DNA from: Callorhinchus milii
Lineage: Eukaryota
Length of the DNA stretch: 64,000 nt
NCBI RefSeq assembly: GCF_018977255.1
Contig: NW_024704742.1
Coordinates: 9,984,001 to 10,048,000, forward strand
Direction of reading: 5' to 3'
A program made the position numbers and the translations under genes. The notes under the pieces were generated by a model. It made no database searches. It had not been told where the DNA came from and worked only from the letters and a program-made list of their open reading frames with translations. Positions 52,001 to 64,000 of the stretch are shown one piece after another; the stretch's first letter is position 1; each line of letters opens with the position of its first letter.

Positions 52001-54253
52001 CATGAATGAACAAGGAAGGGAAGATTGGAGATGGGACGGTAGTGTGAGAGATTAGAGGGATCGAGGGTGGATTTTTGAGGAGGGGTGTAATGACAGCGGT
52101 TTTCAGGGGAAGTGGAACAGAGCCTGAGGCGAGAGACTGGTTGACCATGTTGGCCAGCAGGGAGGAGAGAAGGGGGAATTGAGTGACCAGCAGCTGGGTG
52201 GGGAGGGGGTCAAGGTAGCAGGTAGTGAACTTCATCCAGGTGATTGTGGTTGGGGGAGGAGGAAGAAATGGGAGCAAAGGAGTGTAAGGAGAGGGAGTAG
52301 CAGGAGCCGTGGCGGAAAAAGAAGGCGGTGTGTGGACTGGCTGGGTGGGGTGGAAGGGGACATGGAGGGGAGGAAGATGCAACCAAGCAGATGTTTTCAA
52401 TTGTTGAGGCAAAGACGTCTAGGACATCTTTGCACTTGGCGTTTGATGTGAGAATCGAGGGGGCTTGAGGAGGTGCACGGAGGAGGTGATGGACAGTGGA
52501 AAACAGTGTCTTTAGCTCCAGGATGACTTTGGAGTAAAAGTCGGTTTGGGCCTGTGAAAGGGAGAGGTGGTAGGTGTGGAGGTACTCGAGCCACGAGTGA
52601 ATCGTGAGAACGGATTTCTGACATCTGCGCTCAAGCATTTGGGTTTGTGTTTTGAGTGAGCGGAGATGTTGTACCAGGGGGAGAGGGTGGGTTTGGAAAC
52701 AATGCTGTATTTCAGGGGCACCAGGGAATTCAAGATTGGGGAGAGACGGTCATTCAGCAGCTTGACAACTGCATCAGGATCGCTGCGGAAAGGAGGTCCG
52801 AGGAAGAGAGGGCATTTGTGAAGTACTCAGGGGGAAGCTTTTTCCAGGGACGGAAAGAAATAGTGGAGGGTTTGGAAAAGGGGAGGAGGATGTGGGAGGA
52901 GAGGGAGATGAGGAAGTGGTCCGAAATGGCCTTGTCTGTGATTGGCAGGTCGGAAATGTCAAGGCCGTGTGTGATGACGAGGTTGAGGGAGTGGCCACGG
53001 TTGTGGGTCAACGAGTTGATGTGGAAGGTGAGGTTTAGGGAGGAGAAGAGGGCAGTGAAATCTGAGGAGATGGTGCAAGGGGAGTTTAGGTGGAGTTTGA
53101 AATCACCCATTATGAGCAGCTGTTCAGTGCAGAGGGACAGTGATGAGAGGAGAGAAAGATATTGGTGAGGAAGGAGTCAGAAGGTTTTTTTTGGGGGGGC
53201 AGTAAACTAGGAGGATTTTGAAGGAGAGAGAGGAGGGATGGTAGAGGGTGAAGTGCTCAAAGGAGGAGAAACAGCCAGAGGAATAGGGGGATACACCAAG
53301 GGAAGCTTGGGAGATGAGGGCCACCCTACCGCCACGTTGGATTGTTGTTTGCCTCCAGGATGACTTTGGAGTAAAATTTGGGGGGTGTGGTGAAAGGTGC
53401 AGCCAGGAGGGGAGGCTTCAATGAGGGGGATGGGATCACTGGGCCAGAGCCAGGTTTCTGTAAGCCCAAGAATATCCATGTGCTCATCCAGGATGAGGTC
53501 GTGGATAGTAAGGGCTTTGTTGGAGAGGAGTGGACATTTTGGAGAGAAATGCGGATAGGTTTGCTGGTGGGGAACGGCGATAGGCTGAGTGGTATAGAGA
53601 GGATTTGAGGTCGTGGGGGAGAAGTGACCATGGTTTTTGAGGAGCAGACACTGTTTGGGAGGGTAGGCAGTGCAGATGAGGAAGGGTTAAGGGGTGTTTG
53701 TTGCGGGACGAGACGAGTACTCTAACCACTAAGCTGCAGGACTCCACCTCATCAATCACACCTGACTGTGAGTGCCTGTTGTTGGCCCATGGATTCTGAT
53801 CTACTTTTGTATCAAGAAATCTGAGTCACAAACTCAGACTTGGTAAGTCCCAGATTCTACACCGGCGCTGGAAAAAAGTTTTTCCATCACCCATATTTTG
53901 CACTGAAGCTATAACATCTGTCACTACAAACATTTCAGTCTGGATGAAGGAAGTTATAAGTGTTACGAGGCAGTTCTAACCACATGGAGAGCAGAGCCCT
54001 GTCCCTTGATTGCATCACATGGTGCAGAGTAGCTGAGCTAACACTTGGCAGTCACTGTATGCACGTGGAGGGAATCTCTCAACAGGGTAACAAATCACCT
54101 TGTTAAACATTACTTCGGCTCAAGCAGATGATTGGCAAATGCAGAGACAGGACAGTCAGGCAGGTTAAAGAGAAGCACAAAGCACTCAGTCCAACAGCCA
54201 ACACCTCACAAATTTACTCTCATGGAGACAGAAAGGATGCCAGAAGCCTCTCA

Positions 54254-55070
54254 AAGCCGGTCAGGAACCTCAGCGTTTTGTTCGACCCTGAGCTGTCCTT
54301 TCTCCCTCACATCCGCACCACAACTGGCACCGCCTTCCATCACCTCCGGAACATCGCCAGACTACGGCACTACCTCACCCCTCACGCTGCTGAAACCCTG
54401 GTTCACGCCTTTGTCACCTCAAGGCTGGACTATGGGAACTCTCTCCTCGTCGGCCTTCCCGCCACCTCCCTCCACAAGCTGCAGGTCATTCAGAACTCTG
54501 CAGCTCGTGTACTGTCCCGCACCAGACACCGCGACCACATCACTCCCACCCTCGCTCGCCTCCACTGGCTCCCCATCCCCCAGAGGATTGATTTCAAGAT
54601 CCTCATCCTCACCTACAAGGCCATTCACGGCCTTGCTCCCTCCTACCTCTCCAACCTACTATCCCCCTACCTACCTGCCCGTACCCTCCGTTCCTCTGGC
54701 TCCGGTCTGCTCCACGTCCCCCGCCCCAACCGCCCTACCATCGGTGGTCGGGCCTTCAGCCTCTCAGCCCCGAGGCTCTGGAACGCCATCCCCCAGTCCC
54801 TTCGCCGCTTCCTCCCTTTCCTCCTTCAAGGCCGGTCTCAAAACCTTTCTCTTTGACCGAGCCTTCAGCTCCCCTCTCGACTCTCTTCCCCCTCCTCGCT
54901 CCCTCCCTTCCCTCCCCTCACCCTGACCATTTCCCCCCTCCTCGCTCTCTCCCCTCCCCTGACCATTTCCCCCCTGCTCGGGTCATGACCCAACTGTGCA
55001 GCGCCTTGGGACGTCCTCCTGACGTGAAAGGCGCTTTATAAATGGAATCTTGCTGTTGTTGTTGTTGTTG
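54254..55070 (+). mobile_element. Young L2 3' copy
   Basis: Uninterrupted ORF2 C-terminal frame (ORF 54128..54856), near-identical to 38214-39013; (GTT)n tail. Confidence 0.95.
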
Positions 55071-55174
55071 TATATAGAGCTCATTCTTGAGCATATTCGC
55101 CTACAAAATACACAGTCAATCCAGTTTCCTAGTTTCCACCCCGCTACACTATCACATGTATGTTAGAGCTCAGA

Positions 55175-55236
55175 ATTTTAATATACAGTCATATTTTGTG
55201 TTTCACGAAACACAAAATATGACTGTATATTAAAAT
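55175..55236. repeat. Perfect 30-bp inverted repeat with 2-nt spacer
   Basis: attttaatatacagtcatattttgtgtttc-ac-gaaacacaaaatatgactgtatattaaaat. Confidence 0.95.
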
Positions 55237-55545
55237 GTGAAGTGCTTTGAGACATCTCGAAGACGTAATAAGCTCTGTATGAAATGTAAGTATTATTATT
55301 ATTTCTTAATCAAAAGCAGTCTAACCGGCCCTAAACCAGCCCCGCGCCCCCCCAAACATCCTTTCCTGTCTACTAAAAGTAATAGATTTCCAACCTTGTC
55401 TTTCCAATGCAGTTCCCCTGTCAATACAGCACTGCATGTGAAATATATTAGCATATTTGTCCAACTGGTTGAACCACTGTATTTCAAAACACAGCCTGGA
55501 TGTTTATCAATGCAGAGCCAAGATTCCTGCAGTGACTCTAAGCTC

Positions 55546-56132
55546 TTGATTTCAAGATCCTCATCCTCACCTACAAGGCCATTCACGGCCTTGCTCCCTC
55601 CTACCTCTCCAACCTACTATCCCCCTACCTTCCTGCCCGTACCCTCCGTTCCTCCGGCTCCGGTCTGCTCCACGTCGCCCGCCCCAATCGCCCTACCATC
55701 GGTGGCCGGGACTTCAGCCTCTCAGCCCCGAGGCTCTGGAACTCTATCCCCCAGTGCCTTCGCCGCTTCCTCCCTTTCCTCCTTCAAGGCCGGTCTCAAG
55801 ACCTTTCTCTTTGACCGAGCCTTCAGCTCCCCCTCTCGACTCTCTTCCCCCTCCTCGCTCCCTCCCTTCCCTCCCCTCACCCTGACCATTTCCCCCTCCT
55901 CGCTCCCCCCTTTCCCTCCCTCACCCTGACCATTTCCCCCCTCCTCGCTCCCTCCCTTCCCTCCCCTCACCCTGACCATTTCCCCCTCCTCGCTCCCTCC
56001 CTCCCTTTTCTCCCCTCACCCTGACCATTTCCCCCAATGCTCGGGTCATGACCCAACTGTGCAGCGCCTTGGGACGTCCTCCTGACGTGAAAGGCGCTTT
56101 ATAAATGGAATCTTGTTGTTGTTGTTGTTGTT
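55546..56132 (+). mobile_element. Young L2 3' copy
   Basis: Near-identical to 54254-55070, with more copies of the pyrimidine-rich 3' UTR repeat. Confidence 0.95.
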
Positions 56133-56951
56133 AAGTAAGTAATTCTGTGTGTTCTTCAGTAATGATCATGATGACCCGTGTATATCAGTAGGAAGGTGGA
56201 GATCACCAATTAGTGGTTATTTTGTCATCAGGCTATCTATCACTACTAATTGACAAAGCAGCATAATTACCCTTACATGTTATAAAGCGCCTTGCGTGTC
56301 AGGACATCCCAGAGGACTTTGCAGGATATTAGGTAAAGTCAAGTGTCTAGTATTTTGTAGGCAAACACAAGTATAAACAGTATTTACAGTACATATACAA
56401 ATGGTTTTATATTTACCACAACTATAAACAAGTCCAATTGCTAGCATTCAAGGTCACAAGAGTGAAGATTCCAATTCCACACACATAATTGTGTGACTAC
56501 ACCAGCACTTTTTTTTATGGTGCCTCAATCGCAGCTTGAGATTTGTTAGGTCAGGGTATTAAGGGATATGGGGCAAGGGCGGGTAATTGGATTTGAGGTA
56601 CATATCAGCCATGATCTTATAGAATGGCGGAACAGGCTCGAGGGGCTGAATGGCCTACTCCTGTTTCTATGATTAAGCTCACAGTCCAGACTGAGTGAAA
56701 TTAAACATTCACCTCACAACTGTTTGCGGGTCCTTGCGTTGTATAAAATGACAGCCGCGTTCACCTACAAAAAAACATCACTACACTTTACTATAAAGCC
56801 CTTTGAGATTTTTTGACATGATAGTACAAGTTAAAAATGGAAATTCTTTCTCCTTTCTATTAGTTTTCATATTCAAATTATTCTTGGGTGTCACGGTAAT
56901 TTGGAATTAATGAGGTTGATTCTCACTTTCCTTCAATGCAATCATTGTTCA

Positions 56952-57270
56952 AATCATAGAATCATAGAATTCATACAGCACAGAAGGAGGCCATTCAGCC
57001 CCATCATGTCCATGCTGCCTCTTTGAAAGAGTTATCCAAATTAATCCCACTCCCCTGCTTTCTCCCCCAAAGCCCTGAAAATTTGTCCTCCCCAAATATC
57101 TATCCACTTCGCTCTTGAATGTTGTTATTGAATCTGCTTCCACCACTCTTTCATTCCAAACTGGAAAGACTTCTCTAAACTTCGCTGTGTGAAAAAATGT
57201 CTCCTCACCTCCCCCCTGGTTCTTTTGGCAACTATCTTAAATCTGTGTCCTCGGATTACCGACCCACGTG
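56952..57270 (-). mobile_element. CR1 LINE 3' end
   Basis: aatcatagaatcatagaat tail; homologous to 24713-25003. Confidence 0.88.
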
Positions 57271-58554
57271 CCAAAATGGTCTTCACTTTTGACTGTTCAG
57301 AACCAGCAAAGAATGTAAGTGGAGAGAGGAGGATCAGTGAGCCTGAAACACTGAGTATATTTGTGTGACTCTACCAGCACTTTTTATGGTGCTTCAAACA
57401 ATCTCTGGCTGATATCTATATCTCCACAATCCACCACTATTTGTGGGACACTGCTGTGTGCAATTGGCTGCCACGTTTCACCCACAAAATATATGCCCAC
57501 ACTTTACAGTATATTCTGTGAAGCGCTTTGAGATGTCTGTCTCGAGGATGTGATATTGCGTTATATCAAGGATTATTATTATTATTGTGCAGATTAAATA
57601 GTATAACCACATTCATTGTGGGTTGGTGTGACGTTCCAACTTCTCCTAAGCAAAGCTTTTCACACCACTACAACAAGACTTCCAAATTAATCCACTCTTG
57701 GTCTTTTAATTGCTTCTTGAAAATCTGGAGACTAATTTTTTTGTGTAGGGAAAACCTCCTCTTTCTAAGCACAGGCATGACAAAGAGGCATAACTAGTTC
57801 TGAATTTCACAACCTGTTTTAAGGCTATTTCCATTCTGAGAATGAAAGTAAAACTGATTTTGTTTCGAAAAAAACATTGCATTTGGCGACTTTTTTTTGT
57901 CAGGACACACATTAAAGCAGAAAGAGCTGAATACAAGTGTGTGTTTGGCTTGTTTAAAGAAGTTGCTCATTACGGACTGCAGCACAATCAGAGCTAGAAG
58001 AGATGCGCAATTCTAAATGTTGGCTGCTTTTAAAGAGGTTTCATCAGCCTTGCAAATATGCTGAATTACCTCCCTGCCGTCTCTGGACATATATCGAGGG
58101 ATACAGCTCTCTCAATGGCCTACAACAACAACAACTCACACTTATATAGCGCCCTCCACTCAGGGTAGCATCTCAGAGTGCTTAACAGTGGCGTCCTGAC
58201 TCCGAGCCAGGGGTGGATAGGTTGCCATAAGCACAGTCGTGAAAAAGGGGAGGGGGCAAGGCAGCAGGAATGAGGGAGTGTTCCAGAGTTTCTAGGCATA
58301 GTAGCTGAAAGCGCGACCTCTGATGGTCGGTCGGAGAGTGCGAAGGACGAGCAGGAGGCCGGTGCCAGTCGAGCGAAGGCGACTGGTGGTGGATTGGGGA
58401 GTGAGGAGGTTGGAGTGGTACGGAGGTGCCAGAGAGCGAAGGGATTTGAAAACGAGTGTGAGACCTAGTGAGTGAGCAGCACTCTTCATCCTCCCTTGCT
58501 CAGCAACCAACCTTGTGCTCTAAGGCATGAAGTCATGTAGGATAATGACTTTGT

Positions 58555-59415
58555 AGAGTCCTGCAGCTTAATGGTTAGAGCACTTGCCTCACAAACGAGA
58601 GGACTTGGATTCAATTCCCGGGCAGGGCGAAACGTTGGAAACACCTCTGTTTATCTAGCAGTAAATGGAAAGCTGGTTGTTAGTCAAATGGTGGATTGCT
58701 TTCCGGGGGTAATAATCCCTTCAAAATAATAATAATAATATTGTTGACACTCAATCCACGACTATTAGTGGGACACTGCTGTGTGCAACTGGCTGCCAAC
58801 AAAAATATACAGTCAATTCACTTTACAGCATATTGTGTGAAGCGTTTTGAAACATCTCAAAGATGTGATAAGGCTCTATATCAAATACAAGGATGATTAT
58901 TATTATTATTATGAAGGGGAATATAGAATAAATTATTATTATGAAGGGGAATATAGAATAATAATCCTTGCAATTGGTATAATGCCTTTCACATTGGGAG
59001 TACATCTCAAAGGGTTTCACAAGGGACCTTAGTTTAATTTCATCAGTGGAATATTGTAGCTTAGAATATCTTAGTACTCGCCTTGCAAGCAAGAGGTTCG
59101 ATTCCCGGGCAGGGCAAAATGTTGGGCAAGTTTCCTTACTCCACTCCCCTCTGTTCACGTAGCAGTAAGTAGGAACCTGGTTGTTAGTCAATTGGCGAAT
59201 CGCTTTCACGGGAATAATAATCCCTTCAATAAAAACAAATAGAAAAAGGATTTGATCACTCAATCCACCGTTGTTTGTGGGACACTGCTGTGCACAATTG
59301 GCTGATGCCCACAAAATGTACAGTCAATTCACTTTACAGTATATTCTGTGAAGCGCTTTGAGACGTCTCAAAGACGTGATAATGCGCTATATCAAATCCA
59401 AGGATTATTATTATT
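58555..59415 (+). mobile_element. Two tandem tRNA-derived SINE copies
   Basis: Copies at about 58555-58912 and 59048-59415, each with head, body and tail. Confidence 0.88.
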
Positions 59416-61330
59416 CCCAGCACTGCACTGGAGCATCGCGCAAGACTGTGAATTCAAATTTCTGATGTGGGGGATTGAACCCACAAGTTTCTGACTTGTC
59501 CCTTAAGAGGCAAGATTGCTATCATCTCAGTCAGACAACACACTTAAGATGGGAGATTGATAATGTTATCCACGCCTATAATCTCATTCCATTCCTTCAG
59601 TACCAGGGTACTATCTGCTGTCCCACCCCACCCACCCACCCCATTTCTCAGGTACGACTGCAATGTTTATTGAGCTCCTAAAATTATTAACCAGGGAGTC
59701 ACCGATTTCCCCTCAAATTTCCATGAGGATCCTGAGGTATATCCTGTCTAGGCCACTTCTAGGTTACGTAAACATTCATTTGTTTAAGTTTTTCCGTAAC
59801 CCTTGGTCTACTGATATCTGTTGCATAAACGACTTGAACAAAAAACATAAAGTATATGAAATGTGGCCATAGTCCTGACGTGTAGAAACTGATGTAAAAG
59901 CAATCCATTGACAAATTTACCATCCTCTGATTTTCTCTCTTCCTAACTTATCCCTTAAAGTCCTATCTACAAGTGCAATGGTTACAAGAATTATTATAAT
60001 GATCAACCAAAGTATTCACCTACTTCCAAATTATTGATGAATAAATAATAATCCTTGTATTTAATAAAGCGCCTAATCACGTCTTTGAGACGTCTCAAAG
60101 CACTTCACAGAATATACTGTAAAGTGAAAGTGAATTAACTGTAAATATTGTGGGTGAAAAGCAGCAGTCAATTGTGCACAGCAGTGTCCCACAAACAGTG
60201 CTGGATGGAGTGACCCCATTATTATTTTCAACATTATCAACACGTGCAGTAATAATAATAATAATCCTTGCATTTGATCTAGGCCTTATCACATCTTCAA
60301 GACGTCTCAAAGTGAATTGATTGTATATTTTGTGGGCGAAATGCAGCAGCCAATTGCAGAATCACTACTAACCCAATGACTGTTTCAGTAGGGAAACAGC
60401 CAGCAGTGTTGAGCGCTTTAAGCCGTCCTACCGACATGAAAATGTGTAAATGTGTTTCTGGAAGGGGAAACACAAAAATATTGCTTATGGAGCCAGTTGA
60501 ACTTTCTCAAATAGGGCATCCGGCCCTTGGCAGCCAAAAAGTTGGACCTCCCTGGTATAGAATAACACGGAAGGAATTGGAGGTATCTTTGTCTTCCCCA
60601 AATGGTAAGAATCTAGTTTTAACTGGTGCAATGTGACAAAGCATCAGTATTACTGGGCACTGTTCCTTATTTTTCAGTCCAAGGAAAATTGCTGAAACTA
60701 CAATTAAGCAGTAATAATTTCTCTAAGCGATGGATCGCAGCCACACACTGAAATAAAAGGCAAAGCAGACTAAATCTGAGAGGGTGCAGAGCAGATGTTA
60801 TGAATGAAAGGTTTTGCAACACAAAAAAATGGTCTGTATTAAAAAAAAGAATCAAAACCACATTAGAAACTTGCAACGTGGTATGCAAATAAGTTGAACA
60901 TCAATCATACATGGGCCAAATGTTATATCGTTCAACACTCAAGCAAGGAACCTTTGTGACCCTGATCCCAAATAGTGTGGCTCGACTGAATAAAATTAAA
61001 TGAAACTGTGCACTGAATCAATATGTGGCAATTCCACCAAGTGCAGTTTCTAAAGATTTTCAACTTGAATTAATTCAACCAGTGACTCAGAGATGTATTA
61101 TCCCAAACAAAGCCTACCCCTGAATTTCATTGAATGCGCTTCAGAACTTGTCAAATGCCCACAAATAGTCACTGGAAGTAGTACAACACCTTCAGAGCCC
61201 TTCGTATTCAGCGCTTAGACCAAAGTTTATTTCTGAGCAGTGTGAGCATATTGATACTAGACAGCGATAAACTGTAGAGTACAGATCGATATTGTGCAAT
61301 GTGAGACTCCTAGTTTACTACATAAAGACA

Positions 61331-61682
61331 TAATAATAATCCTTGCATTTGATATAGCGCCTTATCATGTCTTCGAGACGTCTCAAAGCGCTTCACAGAA
61401 TACACTGTAAAGTGAATTGACTGTATATTTTGTGGGTGAAACGCGGAAGCCAATTGCACACAGCAGTGTCCCACAAACAGTCATGGATTGAGTGACCAAA
61501 CTTTTTTTGAAGGATTTATTACCCCCAGAAAAGCAATCTGCCAATCGACTAGCAACTGGGTTCCTATTTACTGGTGGGTAAATAAAGGGTGGCATAAGGG
61601 AACTTGCCCAACGTTGCCCTGTCGGGAATTGAATCCAGGTCCTTTCGGTTGCGAGGCGAGTGCTCTAACCACTGAGCTACAG
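61331..61682 (-). mobile_element. tRNA-derived SINE, flanked by about 57-bp direct repeats
   Basis: Repeats at 61274-61330 and 61683-61738. Confidence 0.92.
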
Positions 61683-62316
61683 GTAGAGTACAGATCAATA
61701 CCGAGTAATGTGAGACTCCTAGGTTCCTACATAAGACACCACAGAATATCACTGAGCCATGAGAGACGCTTTGTTTTCAATACAGAGACTAGAGAACATC
61801 ACTGAGGAACATGAGATCCCTGTGTACAGTTTCGATCATTACACTGAATATATAGATCATATATGTCTTTCAGGCCCAGACTACAGCTGGTTAAAGCAGG
61901 CTGTAGATAGTTAAAACAGTGAGAGAAAGTGCATAGAAACTGAACCCAAAGAGACTGACAAAAGTGCCCACATAGACTGCGATGGGCTTTAAATCGAAAT
62001 TCCACAGATCACCACCTGGATCCATTCCATCTTACAATGTCCTCTTTCACTCAAGACACAAACAATCTCAATCTCTCTTTCTCTCTCTCTGTCTGTCTCT
62101 CTCTGTCTCTGTCTGTCTGTACAGCCCCTGGTGGTGAGAACCAGATGTTAGAGAGGAGTGACACTCAGTGGCAAAACACACAAAGAGACAGCAGCAGTTC
62201 CACCAACCACTCAGCAGTCAGTCACTTGCTGTTGCTGATCGGATGGGAGAAGAACAGAAGGAGAAACAAAGAAAAGAATGATAGTATGATTGCTGTGCAC
62301 CAGCCCGTGCCCTTAC

Positions 62317-62520
62317 CCCATCATTGTCCTGGTCCATCCGCACTTTCCTATGCAGATAGCGTTGTGAGTGAGTGAGAGAGTGAGTGAGTGGTGATGCGCT
62401 GATGTGCTTCTGAGCGCAATGGGTTTACTGCGCTTTGTGCTGTGTGTGTGTCTGTGAGACAGAGCTGCGCTACTCTCTGGCTCTGATCTCAGCTCTCCCA
62501 CAGACTGCCCCTCACAGCCC
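62317..62520 (-). promoter_or_regulatory. Candidate first exon with possible short coding start (MDQDNDG)
   Basis: ATG GAC CAG GAC AAT GAT GGG|gtaagg at 62337-62317; GCGC/CpG-retaining leader with CA and TCAC microsatellites. Confidence 0.4.
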
Positions 62521-62574
62521 CCAGCTCCATCACTCTCTCACACACACACACACCCTCCAGCTAATGTCACACAG

Positions 62575-62950
62575 AGTGAGAGAGACAGAACATGGGCAAG
62601 GGGAAGGTGGGAGGAGAGAGAGAGAGCAAAGAGAGGGGTGGGAGGAGAGAGAGAGAGAGAGAGAGGAGGAGAGCTAGCATGGGAGTGGGAATGGGGTGGG
62701 AGGAGAGACAGAGGGGAGGAGCGAGAGAGGGAGGGTGTGGAGAGAGAGAGAGAGAGAGGGGGGTGGAGAGTGAAAGCATGAGAGGGAAAAGGGAGAGTGG
62801 GGCAAGAGAGAGGGGAGGAGAGAGCATGGGGGGGGGGGGGGGGGGAAGGGGAGGAAACAGGAGAAGGAGAGAGCGGTAGAGATGGAAAGGGTGTGGAGAG
62901 AGAGAGCATAACAGAGGGAAAGGGGTAGGGGGAGATAGAGAGGAGACGAG
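62575..62950. repeat. GA/G-rich polypurine tract with poly-G run
   Basis: (GA)n and G-runs, with a long G homopolymer at about 62828-62845. Confidence 0.9.
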
Positions 62951-63259
62951 AGTCTGCGGTGCGCTGCCCCTCCCTAGAAACTAGCATAGGGGGTGGTGGG
63001 GTCGAGGCTGTGTACGGCCCCGGCTCCGAATGTCACCAGATTGGGCTATCTCCACCCCCAGCTTGGATGGAAATCCCTAAATGTCCAGAGCCTTGAGACG
63101 TCCTCCCAACATGAAAGGCGCTTTACAGATGCAATTTGTTGCTGTTAGCTGTTGCTTATGTTGTCAATTCACTTTACAGTATATTCTGTGAAGCGATATA
63201 CTCTCGAAGGTGCGATAAGACGCTATATCAAATGCAAGGATTATTATTATTATAAATCC

Positions 63260-63810
63260 AGCACAATGCTTGAGAGTATCCAAAACAGACAGAGTTCCAT
63301 AGTTCCATGTACGTGATGGTCTCGGTAGTCCAGTTCCTGAGCCAGATGGGTCTGCAGTATTCCAGGGCACTGCTGATGACGGCACAGTCTGGCTCATCAG
63401 CAGCACCTAGAAGGGCAGACCAGTCACTGGGGGCAGGGAGTCATCCCACTCAGCTCCTGTTAACCCTGCAAGCCAAAGCCTTAAAGGGTAGGTGGTCAAG
63501 CAGCAGGAAGTTTGCCAGAAAAACTTTCAACAACAACAACAACAAGATTCCATTTATAGAGCGCCTTTCACGTCGGGAGGACGTCCCAATCTAATGGTTT
63601 TAGCTGGTCCAACTCCAACACTACCACAAACCTTGGCTCTTGCTAAGAATTAAGTAAGCATGAAGTGTCCCTCTAGGGAGAGTGTGTGCATTCCATTGCA
63701 GACACAGGGGGCACGCATATGTGGATGTTATAGTCTAGTTTGGATATTCTTAAGCATAGTGATGGGTTTCCACACATGTCAGACACCTGGCTGTCCACAA
63801 GAATAAATTA
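63260..63810 (+). mobile_element. Old structured repeat, copy 3, interrupted by an L2 tail (about 63528-63590)
   Basis: Reverse-complement homologue of 29484-29970; ends ...acacctggctgtccacaagaataaa. Confidence 0.6.
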
Positions 63811-64000
63811 CTGCCTCCTGTTTGTCTCCCTGTCTCTTTCTGTCCCTCACTTCCTGTCTCTCCCTGTCTCACCTCTTTGTGAGTTTGTTCTCCCTGTGTC
63901 TCTCACTCTGTCTTTGATTCTGTCACTCTGCCTCTCTCTCTCTCTCTCTCTGGTCTGTCTTTTTCTGTGAGTCTTTCCTACTCCATACTCTATGGCTCTT

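Larger units (their letters stand above)
50381..53700 (-). mobile_element. Old long L2 LINE (endonuclease and RT), interrupted by a solo LTR
   Basis: DILGLTETWL, MGDFKLHL, THNRGHSLNLV, SDHFLI (endonuclease); LKTAVITPLLK, TALVKVTNDI, LVLLDLSAVF (RT). Confidence 0.9.

Noticed and set aside
54128..54926. Long overlapping ORFs of 242 and 264 aa (also 38102-38843 and 55237-55929) as host genes
   Set aside because: One frame is L2 ORF2; the others are shadow frames of C-rich L2 sequence
62435..62987. Glu/Arg-rich and Leu/Ser/Pro-rich ORFs
   Set aside because: Translations of GA microsatellite and G-runs

Overview
This is 64 kb of repeat-rich, apparently intronic or intergenic vertebrate DNA. The repeat complement points to a cartilaginous fish, probably a chimaera or shark; this is an inference. 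No complete protein-coding gene is recognisable. Nearly every long ORF in the track is LINE debris or low-complexity sequence. The window is dominated by a tRNA-Ala-headed SINE with an L2-type tail, older Deu-type SINE fragments, L2 LINEs (three very young 3' copies) and CR1 LINEs (one near full length at 15.0-19.3 kb). Rarer elements are an 800-bp solo LTR, a palindromic Penelope-like remnant with a minimal hammerhead ribozyme, two non-autonomous Helitron-like copies, a Tigger-type MITE, and an old structured repeat family in three copies that resembles LF-SINE. Two CpG-retaining minus-strand promoter/first-exon candidates lie at about 28.6-28.9 kb and 62.3-62.5 kb, and a near-perfect CTCF motif lies at 7.48 kb. 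Host-gene exon calls are tentative, and repeat boundaries are approximate unless termini are quoted.
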